A stretch of 44,081 nucleotides of DNA from a virus (lineage: Duplodnaviria; Caudoviricetes). The first letter of the stretch is position 1, and every line of letters begins with the position of its first letter. Positions 26,252 through 36,225 of this stretch are shown piece by piece. The translations under genes and the position numbers were made by a program. The notes beneath the pieces were generated by a model. It did not search any database. It was not told the origin of the DNA and saw only the letters and a program-made list of their open reading frames with translations. Location of the stretch: positions 1-44,081 of IMG/VR virus record IMGVR_UViG_3300047272_000248. One strand, 5' to 3'.

Positions 26252-27512
26252 CACACCCACAAAACCGTCCAACGGTTTCTCCGACATTGTAAACCAGTTC
26301 AACGAAGCCGAAAAGGCTAAGCCTAATTATGACTCTCAGGTTTATCGTGAGCCGTATGACATCGCTGGTTCTTTCAAAAAGTGGACAAAGGAAGGCTATC
26401 TTCCCGAAGTGCTTACTGGTGCGGGTGTAGTTGGTGGTGCTAGTATTCTTAATTCGAAGTACAGAAGCCTAGCCAAAGAAGAGTTTAAACTTTTGAAGAA
26501 CGCCAAAAAGGCGGAGATTGATTTTGTCAAAAATGTCTCTGGTGGAACGGAACAGCCGTTTAAGGGAAAGACAATCGTAAGAGGTGTCACTCAGACCAAT
26601 CCGTTTGAGAATGTTGCTGGTGACGCTCGTGCGGGACAGGGTGGTGCGGAATCTAGCAGAAGAAATACCATCGGTACACAGGCTAATCCTAAGAGCGGTC
26701 TGGCACAGATGAATAGCAAGGAGTTGAAGGAACTGGCTAAGTCTAATGCCAAGAACAGACTGTTCTCTTGGCTTCAGTATGTTCCTGACGAAATCGCACA
26801 GCAGAAAGTTCCTAGCCTTGAGGCTAATATCATTGATGACGCTACTGGTCGTATCAGACCTCTTGGCTTCACTCCTGAGATGTACGCCAGCGGTAACCAG
26901 AACTATGTAATGGCTAAGTCTCCTCAGTCGCTTCCCATTAGGGCTATCAACGAGTATATTCCCAGAACAGCCAAGGCTTTGTGGGGTATGGGTATGGGTG
27001 TGCTTAACCATCCTGTTGTTGGAAACACGCTCAAAGGTGCTGACGCTATTCTTACAGTGCCTGAAGCGATGAATGCGTATGAATCTGCATCGTCTGGTGC
27101 TAGTCGTTATGACGCTTCTATCAATCCTACCGTTTCTGGACTTATCGCTGGCAGTGAACCTGTAGCCAAGACAGCACTTAACTTCTACACAGGCTTTGCT
27201 CCAGCCCTTGGTAACTTTGGCATCAACCAAACGCTTGGTCGTATTGTTGCTGGTGCAACTGGAACGCCACAGTCTACAAGACCTGAGTTTGATATGCTTT
27301 CCTTCCCTTACTTTGTGAAGGGTGCTCCTACGCTCTTCAATCCTTACGGAGGCTATGGCCCTTGGAAGGATGTTGGACTCCAGAAGTCTAAGATGGTTGA
27401 AGGTATGGGTGGCGGAACTACAGTTCCTCTTCCGATGAAGGTTCTGTCTGACGGAAGTTCTGTCGTTGACTTTGGCATCTCTGGCCCTGATGGTCAAATC
27501 TACGGCCCTTGA
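26244..27512 (+). CDS. Hypothetical protein (possibly virion-associated)
   Basis: 422-aa Gly/Ala-rich ORF upstream of TerL. Confidence 0.75.
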   Translation: MADTPTKPSNGFSDIVNQFNEAEKAKPNYDSQVYREPYDIAGSFKKWTKEGYLPEVLTGAGVVGGASILNSKYRSLAKEEFKLLKNAKKAEIDFVKNVSGGTEQPFKGKTIVRGVTQTNPFENVAGDARAGQGGAESSRRNTIGTQANPKSGLAQMNSKELKELAKSNAKNRLFSWLQYVPDEIAQQKVPSLEANIIDDATGRIRPLGFTPEMYASGNQNYVMAKSPQSLPIRAINEYIPRTAKALWGMGMGVLNHPVVGNTLKGADAILTVPEAMNAYESASSGASRYDASINPTVSGLIAGSEPVAKTALNFYTGFAPALGNFGINQTLGRIVAGATGTPQSTRPEFDMLSFPYFVKGAPTLFNPYGGYGPWKDVGLQKSKMVEGMGGGTTVPLPMKVLSDGSSVVDFGISGPDGQIYGP

Positions 27513-29119
27513 GCGACATCAACCAATTCAAGCCGACTCCTCACCCAGTCATCAAGATGCCCGACATCAAGATGCTGGTGGAGCGTCTTGGGTTGGATAA
27601 GACGGCAGAAATTCTTGAACTCAGAGAGGACAAGATTCTTGCGGAGCAACTAGACCCTTATCGTCACGGCTTTGAGCCTGACCATTGGAAGGAAGCGGAC
27701 AAACTGATTAAAGAAAAACAGGAACTGCTTGTCCTTGGCGGTAATCGTGCTGGTAAAACAGAGTGGATGGCTAAGAGAGTCATCCAGACATTGGTCAACA
27801 AGGAGAAGGCAATGGTCTGGTGTCTTCACACGACACAGAAATCCAGCATCCAGATGCAACAGAATGTCATCTGGAAGTATATGCCCCCTGAGTTGAAGAA
27901 CCTCAAGAAGGGCAAGGTCACAAACATCGCTTACTCACAGAAGAACGGCTTCTCCGAAGAGTCGTTCATTCTGCCTAACGGCTCGCAGTGCGTGTTTATG
28001 AACTACGCCCAGAAGCGAGATGTCATCGAAGGTGGTGAGTGTGACCTTATTTGGTGCGATGAACTTGTGCCGATGGACTGGGTTGAGACGCTCAGATACC
28101 GATTGGTCACCCGCAGAGGTAAACTTGCCATCACATTTACGCCTGTGGCTGGTTATTCTCAGGTAGTTAAGGAGTTTGTGTCTGGTTGTACCTTCAAAAA
28201 GACGCTACCTGCTACAATTTTAGACCAAAATAATACATATGTGGGCGGTTGTCCTCGTGGACATATGCCTTTCGTGGCTGATTGCCATCGTGGCAACTCT
28301 TCGGTCATCTGGTTTCACTCTCAACTCAATCCTTACAATCCTTTTGACGAACTTGTGAAGACTCTGGAGGGCAAAAACCTCTATGAACGCAAGATTCGTG
28401 CCTACGGATGGGCTGATAACACGGTTGGTAACCAATTCCCACGGTTTGGAGACGGAAATATCATTCCGTTGTCTAAAGTTCCTGAAGAAGGAACTAACTA
28501 TATGGTCACTGACCCCGCTGGAGCACGAAATTGGTTTATGATTTGGGCTAGAAAGTGTGAAGACGGTAACTTGTATGTCTACAGAGAGTGGCCTGACATC
28601 TCTTATGGTGAATGGGCGTTGCCTAACGAAAAGGCAGACGGTAAGGAGGGTATGGCTCAGCGTAACGGTGCTGGTATGGGTATTGATGACTACAAGAAGG
28701 TAATGAAGACTTTAGAGGGGAACGAGGAGATACTAGAACGCTATATCGACCCTCGTGCAGGTGCAACACAAGCAATCGGAAGAGATGGTGGCACATCCGT
28801 CATCGAACTGCTAGATGGGGGTGAAGAACCGATGTATTTTGCACCTGCGGCTGGTGTTTCCATCGAGCAAGGCGTTGCAATGATTAATGACTTGTTGTCA
28901 TATGACATTAATCAACCGCTATCTCCGCTCAACCAGCCAAAACTTTTCGTCACTGAAAATTGCAAAAACCTTATCTACTGTCTAAAAGAATGGACAGGAG
29001 CAGACGGAGACAAGGGGGCTACTAAAGACCCCATCGATTGCCTTCGTTATTTGGTTGTAATGCAACCAGAACACTTTAACCCAAATTCAGTGCCAGAAAA
29101 TAGACCCTTCTCTTACTAA
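27509..29119 (+). CDS. terL: Terminase large subunit
   Basis: Walker A GGNRAGKT; Walker B LIWCDE; TFTP coupling motif; nuclease Asp motifs TDP and KDPIDCLRY. Confidence 0.92.
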   Translation: MSDINQFKPTPHPVIKMPDIKMLVERLGLDKTAEILELREDKILAEQLDPYRHGFEPDHWKEADKLIKEKQELLVLGGNRAGKTEWMAKRVIQTLVNKEKAMVWCLHTTQKSSIQMQQNVIWKYMPPELKNLKKGKVTNIAYSQKNGFSEESFILPNGSQCVFMNYAQKRDVIEGGECDLIWCDELVPMDWVETLRYRLVTRRGKLAITFTPVAGYSQVVKEFVSGCTFKKTLPATILDQNNTYVGGCPRGHMPFVADCHRGNSSVIWFHSQLNPYNPFDELVKTLEGKNLYERKIRAYGWADNTVGNQFPRFGDGNIIPLSKVPEEGTNYMVTDPAGARNWFMIWARKCEDGNLYVYREWPDISYGEWALPNEKADGKEGMAQRNGAGMGIDDYKKVMKTLEGNEEILERYIDPRAGATQAIGRDGGTSVIELLDGGEEPMYFAPAAGVSIEQGVAMINDLLSYDINQPLSPLNQPKLFVTENCKNLIYCLKEWTGADGDKGATKDPIDCLRYLVVMQPEHFNPNSVPENRPFSY

Positions 29120-31296
29120 TGGAAAACTTCGACAATAACAAGGAAACGCAAGACCCTCTTTTGTACGGTGGCGAAAAGCCTAACATCCCAGAACTCACTG
29201 CGGAACTGAATCGCTCGTACCTGTTTGGTGCTAACAACACCGAACTGACGGACAACGATGACCTTCGTTTTTGCCGATGGAACGGTCAGACTCCTGACGG
29301 TAAGAAGTTCTCCCACAACAGAGACGAGGATGACCCCGCTCTTCCGTTCGAAGGTGCGTCTGATGCTAGAGTCCGACTCATCGACAGAGTCATCAACGAA
29401 CAGGTGGCTTTGTGGATGAACGCACTCAAGGGTGCTAAACTTGGCGTTTCTGGCAGAACAATCGATGACGGTAGACACGCTGGTGCTATGTCTACACTCC
29501 TTGAGTATGTTGCTTCTGGTAGAATGAAGCAAGAGATGAGGCGTGAGGCTGAACTGTACGCACAGTACGGAAATCAGTACGGTTGGACGATGATGCACAT
29601 CGGCTGGGAGCAGGAGATGGGTACTCGTGAACAGCGGTTCACAATCTCCGATATGGTGAATATGGCATCGGAAATGGCACAGGGTAACCCCGATGCTCCG
29701 ATTGCCTCGCTTCCTTCTCTTATCATCGACCCTGCTAAGGATGAAATGTCCATCGCTCTTGTCGCTCCGCTTCTCCCCCAATTTTCGGAAAAAGAACTTA
29801 GACGGATGCTGAAGGAACTTAGAGAGCGTGGTTATGCCACGGTCTACGAAGAAGTTTTAATGAAAAACCTCCCTGTCATCACTACGCTTAAGCCGTATGA
29901 TGAAGTGTCGTTCCCGCCTGAGACCATCGACATCCAGAAGGCCAGAGTTATTTTCAAAAAGGTCTTTATGACCGAACTGGAAGTCCGTGCTATGATTAAG
30001 ACGGACGAGTGGGACGAGGAAGGTGTTGAAGAGGCTGTTAAGACGAAGGGTATGTTCACTTGGTACAGAGACCCGAACATCGTCCCGACCAACAGTCTGA
30101 ATCAGGACTACAGACTTAGAAGCAACAATCTCATCGAGGTTGTGTACGCTTATTACAAGCAGTTGAGCGAAGACAACACGCCTTGTGTATACTACACCGT
30201 GTTCAGTCCGAACGCTTCGACTGAGACATATTTGAAGCACAGCAAACTTGGGTATGCCCACGGTAAATATCCGTTTGTGGTGCTTCGCAGGGAGTACATC
30301 AGAAAGGCTGTCTATGAGAGTCGTGGTATCACGGACATCCTTTCTACCGACCAAGCCGAACTGAAGGCTCAGCACGATGCTATGCGTGACCGCACTGCGT
30401 TCGAAACTGTCCCACCCCTAATGTACAAAAGGCGAGTTGGTGGTACTGGTCGTATCGGGCCAGCGATGTTACTCCCTGTTTCAGATGTCAACGGAGACTT
30501 CAAGTGGATGGAACCGCCCAGAGGCACTCCTACCATTGCGGAGTTCGTGGTTCAGCAGGTCGAAAAGAACGCCTCTGGCTACTTCGGCCTCACAAGAGAA
30601 GACTCTCCTCCCGCTCTCGCCCAGATGCTCCAGCAGAATTCTGTGGACAACTGGCTTACGGCTTGGTCTGAGATTTACACCCAGATGCTCCAACTCTCGC
30701 TCCAGTATATGGATGTCGTTGAAATTGAGCGTATCTGTGGCGTTCCGATTCCTAGAGTCGTTGACGATATCACCAACCAGTTCGACTTTGAAGTGAAGTT
30801 CGATGTCAGAAACCTGTACAGCGACCTTGTGCTGGAGAAACTTCAGGCCATCAACCAGTATGTCCTCCCGCAGGATACTGGTGGTGTCATCGATAAGAAC
30901 GCCCTTGTTAAACTGTCTATCGAGGCCATCAGCCCTGATACGGCTAAGGCTATCGTTACCGACCAAGCCTCTGCCAGCCAGCGTATGTATAAGGATGTTC
31001 AGACCGAAATCGGTATGATGATGCTTGGCAACGAGGCTACCTATGTGGAAAACGACCCCACGGCTCAAACCAAGATGCAGTTCCTTCAGGACATCCTTTC
31101 GAAGAACCCGAAGGCTCAACAGGCTCAGGGTCAAGACCCAGTGTTCAATGCTCTCCTGCAAAATTATGTCAAAAACCTCCAGATGTCTGTGATGCAACAG
31201 CAGAACAAGCAGATTGGTAGAATTGGTGTAACCCCTGTTTCGGATAAGATGAAACAGGAAGGAGTCCCTGAAATGCCCTCCAATGAAGGATACTGA
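29119..31296 (+). CDS. Portal protein
   Basis: 725 aa directly after TerL; YPFVV...ESRGI; Q-rich C-terminus typical of P22-like portals. Confidence 0.82.
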   Translation: MENFDNNKETQDPLLYGGEKPNIPELTAELNRSYLFGANNTELTDNDDLRFCRWNGQTPDGKKFSHNRDEDDPALPFEGASDARVRLIDRVINEQVALWMNALKGAKLGVSGRTIDDGRHAGAMSTLLEYVASGRMKQEMRREAELYAQYGNQYGWTMMHIGWEQEMGTREQRFTISDMVNMASEMAQGNPDAPIASLPSLIIDPAKDEMSIALVAPLLPQFSEKELRRMLKELRERGYATVYEEVLMKNLPVITTLKPYDEVSFPPETIDIQKARVIFKKVFMTELEVRAMIKTDEWDEEGVEEAVKTKGMFTWYRDPNIVPTNSLNQDYRLRSNNLIEVVYAYYKQLSEDNTPCVYYTVFSPNASTETYLKHSKLGYAHGKYPFVVLRREYIRKAVYESRGITDILSTDQAELKAQHDAMRDRTAFETVPPLMYKRRVGGTGRIGPAMLLPVSDVNGDFKWMEPPRGTPTIAEFVVQQVEKNASGYFGLTREDSPPALAQMLQQNSVDNWLTAWSEIYTQMLQLSLQYMDVVEIERICGVPIPRVVDDITNQFDFEVKFDVRNLYSDLVLEKLQAINQYVLPQDTGGVIDKNALVKLSIEAISPDTAKAIVTDQASASQRMYKDVQTEIGMMMLGNEATYVENDPTAQTKMQFLQDILSKNPKAQQAQGQDPVFNALLQNYVKNLQMSVMQQQNKQIGRIGVTPVSDKMKQEGVPEMPSNEGY

Positions 31297-31528
31297 TTAC
31301 GATATTAATACATTCGCCTTCCCAGAGCGTAACGCTGTGTGGGAGCATATTATGTATATTGTTGACCTAAACATCAAGGCTGAGGTCGAACAGGCCGTCT
31401 CCTCTCAACTTCTTGGAGAAAGCAGGGTTCACCAGTGTGGTAGAGCGTCTGCTATGCAGGATTTTAAGAATCTGCTACTTGAAGAACGGAAGAAGGCCAG
31501 AGCCAACGCTGGTCTTACTCCAGAATAA
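31283..31528 (+). CDS. Small head-module protein
   Basis: 81 aa between portal and scaffold. Confidence 0.7.
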   Translation: MKDTDYDINTFAFPERNAVWEHIMYIVDLNIKAEVEQAVSSQLLGESRVHQCGRASAMQDFKNLLLEERKKARANAGLTPE

Positions 31529-31540
31529 ATTTACATCGGC

Positions 31541-31569
31541 TTGACACTTGTAAAAAAAGTGTTAACGCT
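31541..31569 (+). promoter_or_regulatory. Sigma70-like promoter upstream of scaffold/capsid
   Basis: TTGACA-17 nt-AACGCT with an overlapping inverted repeat ACACTT...AAGTGT. Confidence 0.45.
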
Positions 31570-31637
31570 GAAGTCACGGTTTCTGAGTGTCCGTCAAACT
31601 CTGTCACAAAAACAAAGGCACTTTAGACCTTCTTCTA

Positions 31638-32624
31638 ATGGAAAACGATAATACAAATGGAGCAGAGAACGAATCCATCGCTAACAGCGAAACCAGTTCT
31701 CAGGAAAGCAACTTTCCTAGTCAGGCTGAAATTCAGTCGAAACTAAAAAATATCCTGTGGGATGACGATGTTGCCGAACCACAGGCGGAAGAGGGCGAAT
31801 ACGATAGTAATCAGCCCGAAGACCAGCAGACGGAAGGTGAGTCGGAAACGGACACCAACACCGACACTGATGGCGAAGAGGTTCATTCAAAGTCCGAGGA
31901 AGAAAACGAAGAAGTTTCTCGTGGAGTGCAGAAGCGTATCGATAAGTTGACAGCGAAGCGAAAAGAGGCGGAAGCCGAAATCGACAAGTTGAAGGCAGAA
32001 GTCGAAAGCCTGAAGCAAGCCACGACCAGTCCTAGAGAAGTTGATAGCACTGCTGACATTCATTCCAATCTTAACTCCATCGCAGAAATCGAGGCAGAGA
32101 TTGCCCAAGCGAGAAAAGTTAGAAACTGGGCTGAAGAGAATGCAGATGGCATCACCGTCACTAACGACAAGGGCGAAGAACAGTACTATGACCCTGCCAC
32201 AATGAGGCAGATTAAGGTTAACGCAATGAGAGCACTTGAAGAAGGTCTCCCCCAGCGTTACCAGTACATTCAAGCCAGAGACCAAATCGAACAGATTGCA
32301 TCAAAGGAATATCCGTGGTGGAAGGACAAGACGAGCAAGGAGCATCAAATTGCTAACCAGTTCCTCAATACCTTCCCTGCCATTAAGAAGTTCCCTGATT
32401 ACAAGATGGTTATTGGTGACTACATCCGTGGAGTCAAAGCGAGAGAGACGGCAAGCAGAGGTCAAAAGCCTGTCGTCAAAGCACCAGTTCAGCCTCGTTC
32501 CAGTGGTATTGCCCCGACTGTCAAGAAAGAGGAGGTTCGCAGTCAGAACGCATACGCCAAGTTCTCCAAGACAGGAAGAACTGAAGACCTAGCAGACATT
32601 ATTAAGAACAAGTTCCTCGACTAA
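31638..32624 (+). CDS. Capsid scaffolding protein
   Basis: Acidic N-terminus, GVQKRIDKLTAKRKEAE coiled coil; precedes the major capsid gene. Confidence 0.82.
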   Translation: MENDNTNGAENESIANSETSSQESNFPSQAEIQSKLKNILWDDDVAEPQAEEGEYDSNQPEDQQTEGESETDTNTDTDGEEVHSKSEEENEEVSRGVQKRIDKLTAKRKEAEAEIDKLKAEVESLKQATTSPREVDSTADIHSNLNSIAEIEAEIAQARKVRNWAEENADGITVTNDKGEEQYYDPATMRQIKVNAMRALEEGLPQRYQYIQARDQIEQIASKEYPWWKDKTSKEHQIANQFLNTFPAIKKFPDYKMVIGDYIRGVKARETASRGQKPVVKAPVQPRSSGIAPTVKKEEVRSQNAYAKFSKTGRTEDLADIIKNKFLD

Positions 32625-32636
32625 TCCTATACTACT

Positions 32637-33665
32637 ATGGCAAGTCTCACAGAAAGAAATATCGTTTCGGGTAAGCGTGAAGCCCTCGCTGACATCATCT
32701 CGATGGTTGATGCGAAGTCCACTCCGTTCACCTCGATGGCCCCCAAGGTTGCTAAACCCGGCAACACCCTGTTCCGCTGGCAGGTCGATTCCCTCCCCTC
32801 CGTCACCGCTGACCAAGCGGGTGTCGTGGATGGTACGGATGTTGACCCGAACGGTGCTCAGATTAAGAACTTCGTTAAGGACGGCTCTACCCAGTACCGC
32901 TACGAACTCTCCAACCACATCCAGATTTTCAGAGAATCGACTCGTGTGTCCCCGCTGACTATCGACATCGCTGTCACTGCTGGCGTTAAGAACGAACTGG
33001 CTAACAATGTGTCGAAGGCCACCGAAACGCTGAAGCGTAAGATGGAAAGAACTCTCTGTTCTGCCAATCTTCCGAAGGCTGATGACGGTGCTTCTCAGGG
33101 TTACGCCTCTCGTGGCCTCGACTCTTGGATTAAGAACGACTTCACAGGCGATACCTACCTCGCTGTCCCGACTTCGTTCCGCACTCCGTCCACAAGCATC
33201 TCGACTGTCGGCACTGCTAACCTCGACGAACAGGTTGTCCAGAATGTTCTGGCTTCCGTCTTCGAACAGCAGGGTAAGCCTCAGGAGTTCGATGGCCTTG
33301 TCGGCTACAAGTTGAAGCAGGCTTTCACAGCCCTCACTTACACGACAAGACAGACTGGCACTGCCCCCGCTTCCGTCATCCGCACCCTCAACAGAGAGTC
33401 GGAACAGAGCGTCTACAAGTCCAGCATCGATGTCTTCGAAGGTGACTTCGGCTCTATCCGCCTCCACACATCCCTGTTCCTTAAGAACAACTTCTGCGGT
33501 TACCTCCTGAACCTCGACCTCGTGGGCGTTGGTTACGGTGGCAACATCGCTCAGGTCAAGGAACTTCAGGATAACGGTGGTGGCCCTGCCCGAATGGTCG
33601 AAGCGATTGCTACCTGCATCGTGAAGAACCCGCTCGGTCTGGCGAAGTTCGACTTCACGGCCTAA
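32637..33665 (+). CDS. Major capsid protein (DUF5309/SU10-like)
   Basis: READLS-like REALADII, TPFTSM, WQVDSL, NHIQIF and FEGDFG motifs; strong codon bias. Confidence 0.88.
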   Translation: MASLTERNIVSGKREALADIISMVDAKSTPFTSMAPKVAKPGNTLFRWQVDSLPSVTADQAGVVDGTDVDPNGAQIKNFVKDGSTQYRYELSNHIQIFRESTRVSPLTIDIAVTAGVKNELANNVSKATETLKRKMERTLCSANLPKADDGASQGYASRGLDSWIKNDFTGDTYLAVPTSFRTPSTSISTVGTANLDEQVVQNVLASVFEQQGKPQEFDGLVGYKLKQAFTALTYTTRQTGTAPASVIRTLNRESEQSVYKSSIDVFEGDFGSIRLHTSLFLKNNFCGYLLNLDLVGVGYGGNIAQVKELQDNGGGPARMVEAIATCIVKNPLGLAKFDFTA

Positions 33666-33671
33666 CCTGTA

Positions 33672-34037
33672 ATGGCTGACGCATTCGTCCAGTCGCTGGT
33701 TGAGATTATCCCCGCCCATCTCCACAAAGAGATGGAAAGGGAACTCATCAACGGCTGGCGGATGCGTGAGTCTGTTGCAAGAGCGGAGGCCAAGCAGATT
33801 GCCCATCACGGACATACCCACGAGGCCAACGACATCGCAGGTTTCGGCAGAAAGGTCGCAAGCATCCCTGCCGATGCCTATCACTATTGGGGACAGCGAC
33901 TAGGGTACGAATGCTGGAAGGATAAGCAGTTTATGCGTGAATTCCTTCGAGATAATCCCGAACTCGCTGTCCGCAATTATTGTAAGAAGACGGTTGTTCA
34001 AGGTGCTGTTTTCACAGCAGACGGTTTTAAAGTCTAA
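33672..34037 (+). CDS. Hypothetical head-associated protein
   Basis: ASIP...YHYW...FMREFLRDNPE; follows the capsid gene. Confidence 0.7.
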   Translation: MADAFVQSLVEIIPAHLHKEMERELINGWRMRESVARAEAKQIAHHGHTHEANDIAGFGRKVASIPADAYHYWGQRLGYECWKDKQFMREFLRDNPELAVRNYCKKTVVQGAVFTADGFKV

Positions 34038-34810
34038 TGCGTACCGCAGACTTCTCTCAAATCCTGTTCGAATCTCTGCAATACAGCGGTAACGACAGGT
34101 ACAACATCAATGACGAGACCTTTGGTCAGTTCAGGGACTTCGCCAACGCAAGACTGCGTGAGGCGTGGGAGTCCAATGAATGGCCTGACCTGTGTCGAAT
34201 CGCTCAGTTCACTACAACGACTGACGCTAACGGTGTTGTCTCCTTTTCTCTGGCTTCGGATGCCTCCGAAGTCCTTGGTGTCTTCACCAAGAACCCTCAG
34301 GTCACCACAAGACTTCAGGAAATCGGCTACGAACTGTATGACGATGGCACTAACGCCAAGGTCATCCTACAAAACTCACTGGTAAGCGATGGATGGTATC
34401 ATTATAGAACAAAGTGTCCTTCTTTGGTCGGTGACATCTACAGCCCTTCAGTCGTATATTTCCAAGGTGCTCAGGTCTACTTTGATTCTGGCTCTGGAAC
34501 AGGCACATATCTCCCAGTTTCTGGGAAGCCACATAGTGGTAATTTTTACACCTGTGTTGTAAACTCCACTGTCGCTGGAAATAGTCCTACAACTCACCCT
34601 GCCAGTTGGCAGAAGGTGAATATCCCTTACATTTTTGCACATTACCTGTCTTGGGGAAGTGCGGCTAATTGGTTCGCTTCTGAAAACCTCATCAACGAAG
34701 CGGGAGTCATCGAGGCTAAGGCCAATGAAAGACTTGCCGTTGAGGTGGACAAGGTTGCAAGACAGCAAAACCAAACATCTAAAATCAGATTCATTAATCC
34801 CTACTCCTAA
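34037..34810 (+). CDS. Head-tail adaptor / tail tubular protein A-like
   Basis: Position; helical termini (FANARLREAW...WP). Confidence 0.6.
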   Translation: MRTADFSQILFESLQYSGNDRYNINDETFGQFRDFANARLREAWESNEWPDLCRIAQFTTTTDANGVVSFSLASDASEVLGVFTKNPQVTTRLQEIGYELYDDGTNAKVILQNSLVSDGWYHYRTKCPSLVGDIYSPSVVYFQGAQVYFDSGSGTGTYLPVSGKPHSGNFYTCVVNSTVAGNSPTTHPASWQKVNIPYIFAHYLSWGSAANWFASENLINEAGVIEAKANERLAVEVDKVARQQNQTSKIRFINPYS

Positions 34811-35115
34811 TGTCGCTATCCTACACAGCCTTCTCTACTCCCGCCCTGCGGAAGATGTCCCACTCGGACATCACTATGACCACATCGTTTGCTTCGGTGC
34901 TTGGCCCTAGAGTTCTTCCTGAGCGTAGAGTCATCGTAGCCATCCAGAACAAGTCTTCTACGGCTACTCTTGAAGTCATCTTTGACACGACTGGCTCTGC
35001 TGGTCTTTTCATTCCCCCGAACCAGACCATCTCCGTTGAGAATTACAACGGCACGGTTCTTCTTCGTTCGGACACTGCTGGCTCTATTGCCCATCTTGCT
35101 GTAGGCTCTGTCTAA
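34810..35115 (+). CDS. Small beta-rich virion protein
   Basis: RRVIVAIQN...GLFIPPNQTISVE; TAATG-coupled. Confidence 0.6.
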   Translation: MSLSYTAFSTPALRKMSHSDITMTTSFASVLGPRVLPERRVIVAIQNKSSTATLEVIFDTTGSAGLFIPPNQTISVENYNGTVLLRSDTAGSIAHLAVGSV

Positions 35116-35933
35116 TGTTCGGTGGACTATTCAGTCTAATCGGCCTTTCTTGGGGTAACGGAGGTATGTCCGTTGACGGCCCTAGTGAGCCTCCGTCTCT
35201 TCCAGAGGCTGGTACTATCCTGAACACCTTTACTGGCATTGAGTATCCTACTGACAATGGCGGTAGCAGTTTCTATCTTTCAGAAGTTGGATTTGTTCCT
35301 AATCAAATTTGTAGCGTTTACCTAAAGGCAGATGGAGTTGGTGGTAGTTATTATGACTGGGCTAATGTTTTTGATGTTTCATATAAGCCATCTGGTCAGT
35401 CGTTTTATTCTGGTAGCGGAACTTCGTATGTGACTATTAACGGAACAGATTATTCTAGCGGTTCGTACAGTTACGAATACTTCCACGATGGTTCTGGTTC
35501 GTATTATACTTCTGGAAGCAGTTCTTACTCTCCTTACGGAGATTACATCACCTCTGACAATAACTCTGGAAGCAGTTCTATCTCTACCCCAGTAGGCTCG
35601 TTTACATACGAGAATTGGTCTGGGAACTCCTACTACCACGATGGGTCTGGTAGTTACTACTCAAATAGAGATGGGTACTCTCAAGCGACTGATGGGACAT
35701 TTATCGGAACAGATTCTACTGGTGGTTCAAGCCAGACAGAAGTTCCTAGCGGTAGCGGTAACTACTTCACTTATGGCAGTTGGTCTTCCATTGACTACTA
35801 CTACCAACTCAGCGGAAATACTTATAGTTACTACTATCAGGGTGTAATGTCTGCAAACTACGGAGACTACATTACCAATGATGGCACTTACAGTTACTAT
35901 TGGGATGGCACAGGCGGTTACTACTACTACTAA
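35115..35933 (+). CDS. Tyr/Gly/Ser-rich repeat protein (fibre or adhesin-like)
   Basis: Repeated DG[SVT]G[SG]YY and YGDYIT motifs. Confidence 0.7.
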   Translation: MFGGLFSLIGLSWGNGGMSVDGPSEPPSLPEAGTILNTFTGIEYPTDNGGSSFYLSEVGFVPNQICSVYLKADGVGGSYYDWANVFDVSYKPSGQSFYSGSGTSYVTINGTDYSSGSYSYEYFHDGSGSYYTSGSSSYSPYGDYITSDNNSGSSSISTPVGSFTYENWSGNSYYHDGSGSYYSNRDGYSQATDGTFIGTDSTGGSSQTEVPSGSGNYFTYGSWSSIDYYYQLSGNTYSYYYQGVMSANYGDYITNDGTYSYYWDGTGGYYYY

Positions 35934-35938
35934 ACTTT

Positions 35939-36121
35939 ATGGCTACTGAAACAAAAATTCCCAACGGCTGGACAGCCTTTGTTAAAGACACCAAGGCTCT
36001 TGGATACCGTGAGTTTGTTGGTGGTGGCAAGTACTTTGGCACTCTGACCCTCATCACAAAGCCCACCGAAGCCGAACTCAAAACTGAACTCGAAAGACTC
36101 AAAATTTCCCTACCTAAATGA
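35939..36121 (+). CDS. Small hypothetical protein
   Basis: MATETKIPNGW..., 60 aa. Confidence 0.65.
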   Translation: MATETKIPNGWTAFVKDTKALGYREFVGGGKYFGTLTLITKPTEAELKTELERLKISLPK

Positions 36122-36225
36122 TTACACTCATCCTCGCTACGGTCACCTTCCTTGGTGGCGTTTATGTCGGCACACGCTGGTCTGAAAAGATTAAGTCTGT
36201 CTACGAGTCTATCGTCACGAAGTAA
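36118..36225 (+). CDS. Small single-TM protein (35 aa)
   Basis: MITLILATVTFLGGVYVGTRWSEKIK...; ATGA and TAATG coupled. Confidence 0.65.
   Translation: MITLILATVTFLGGVYVGTRWSEKIKSVYESIVTK

Noticed and set aside
31575-31632. Purine-riboswitch-like GTTTCT...CCGTCAA upstream of the scaffold gene
   Set aside because: The P2/L2 arm and junction nucleotides are missing; only a simple hairpin is supportable
35115-35933. Diversity-generating retroelement target
   Set aside because: No reverse transcriptase gene and no template/variable repeat pair seen
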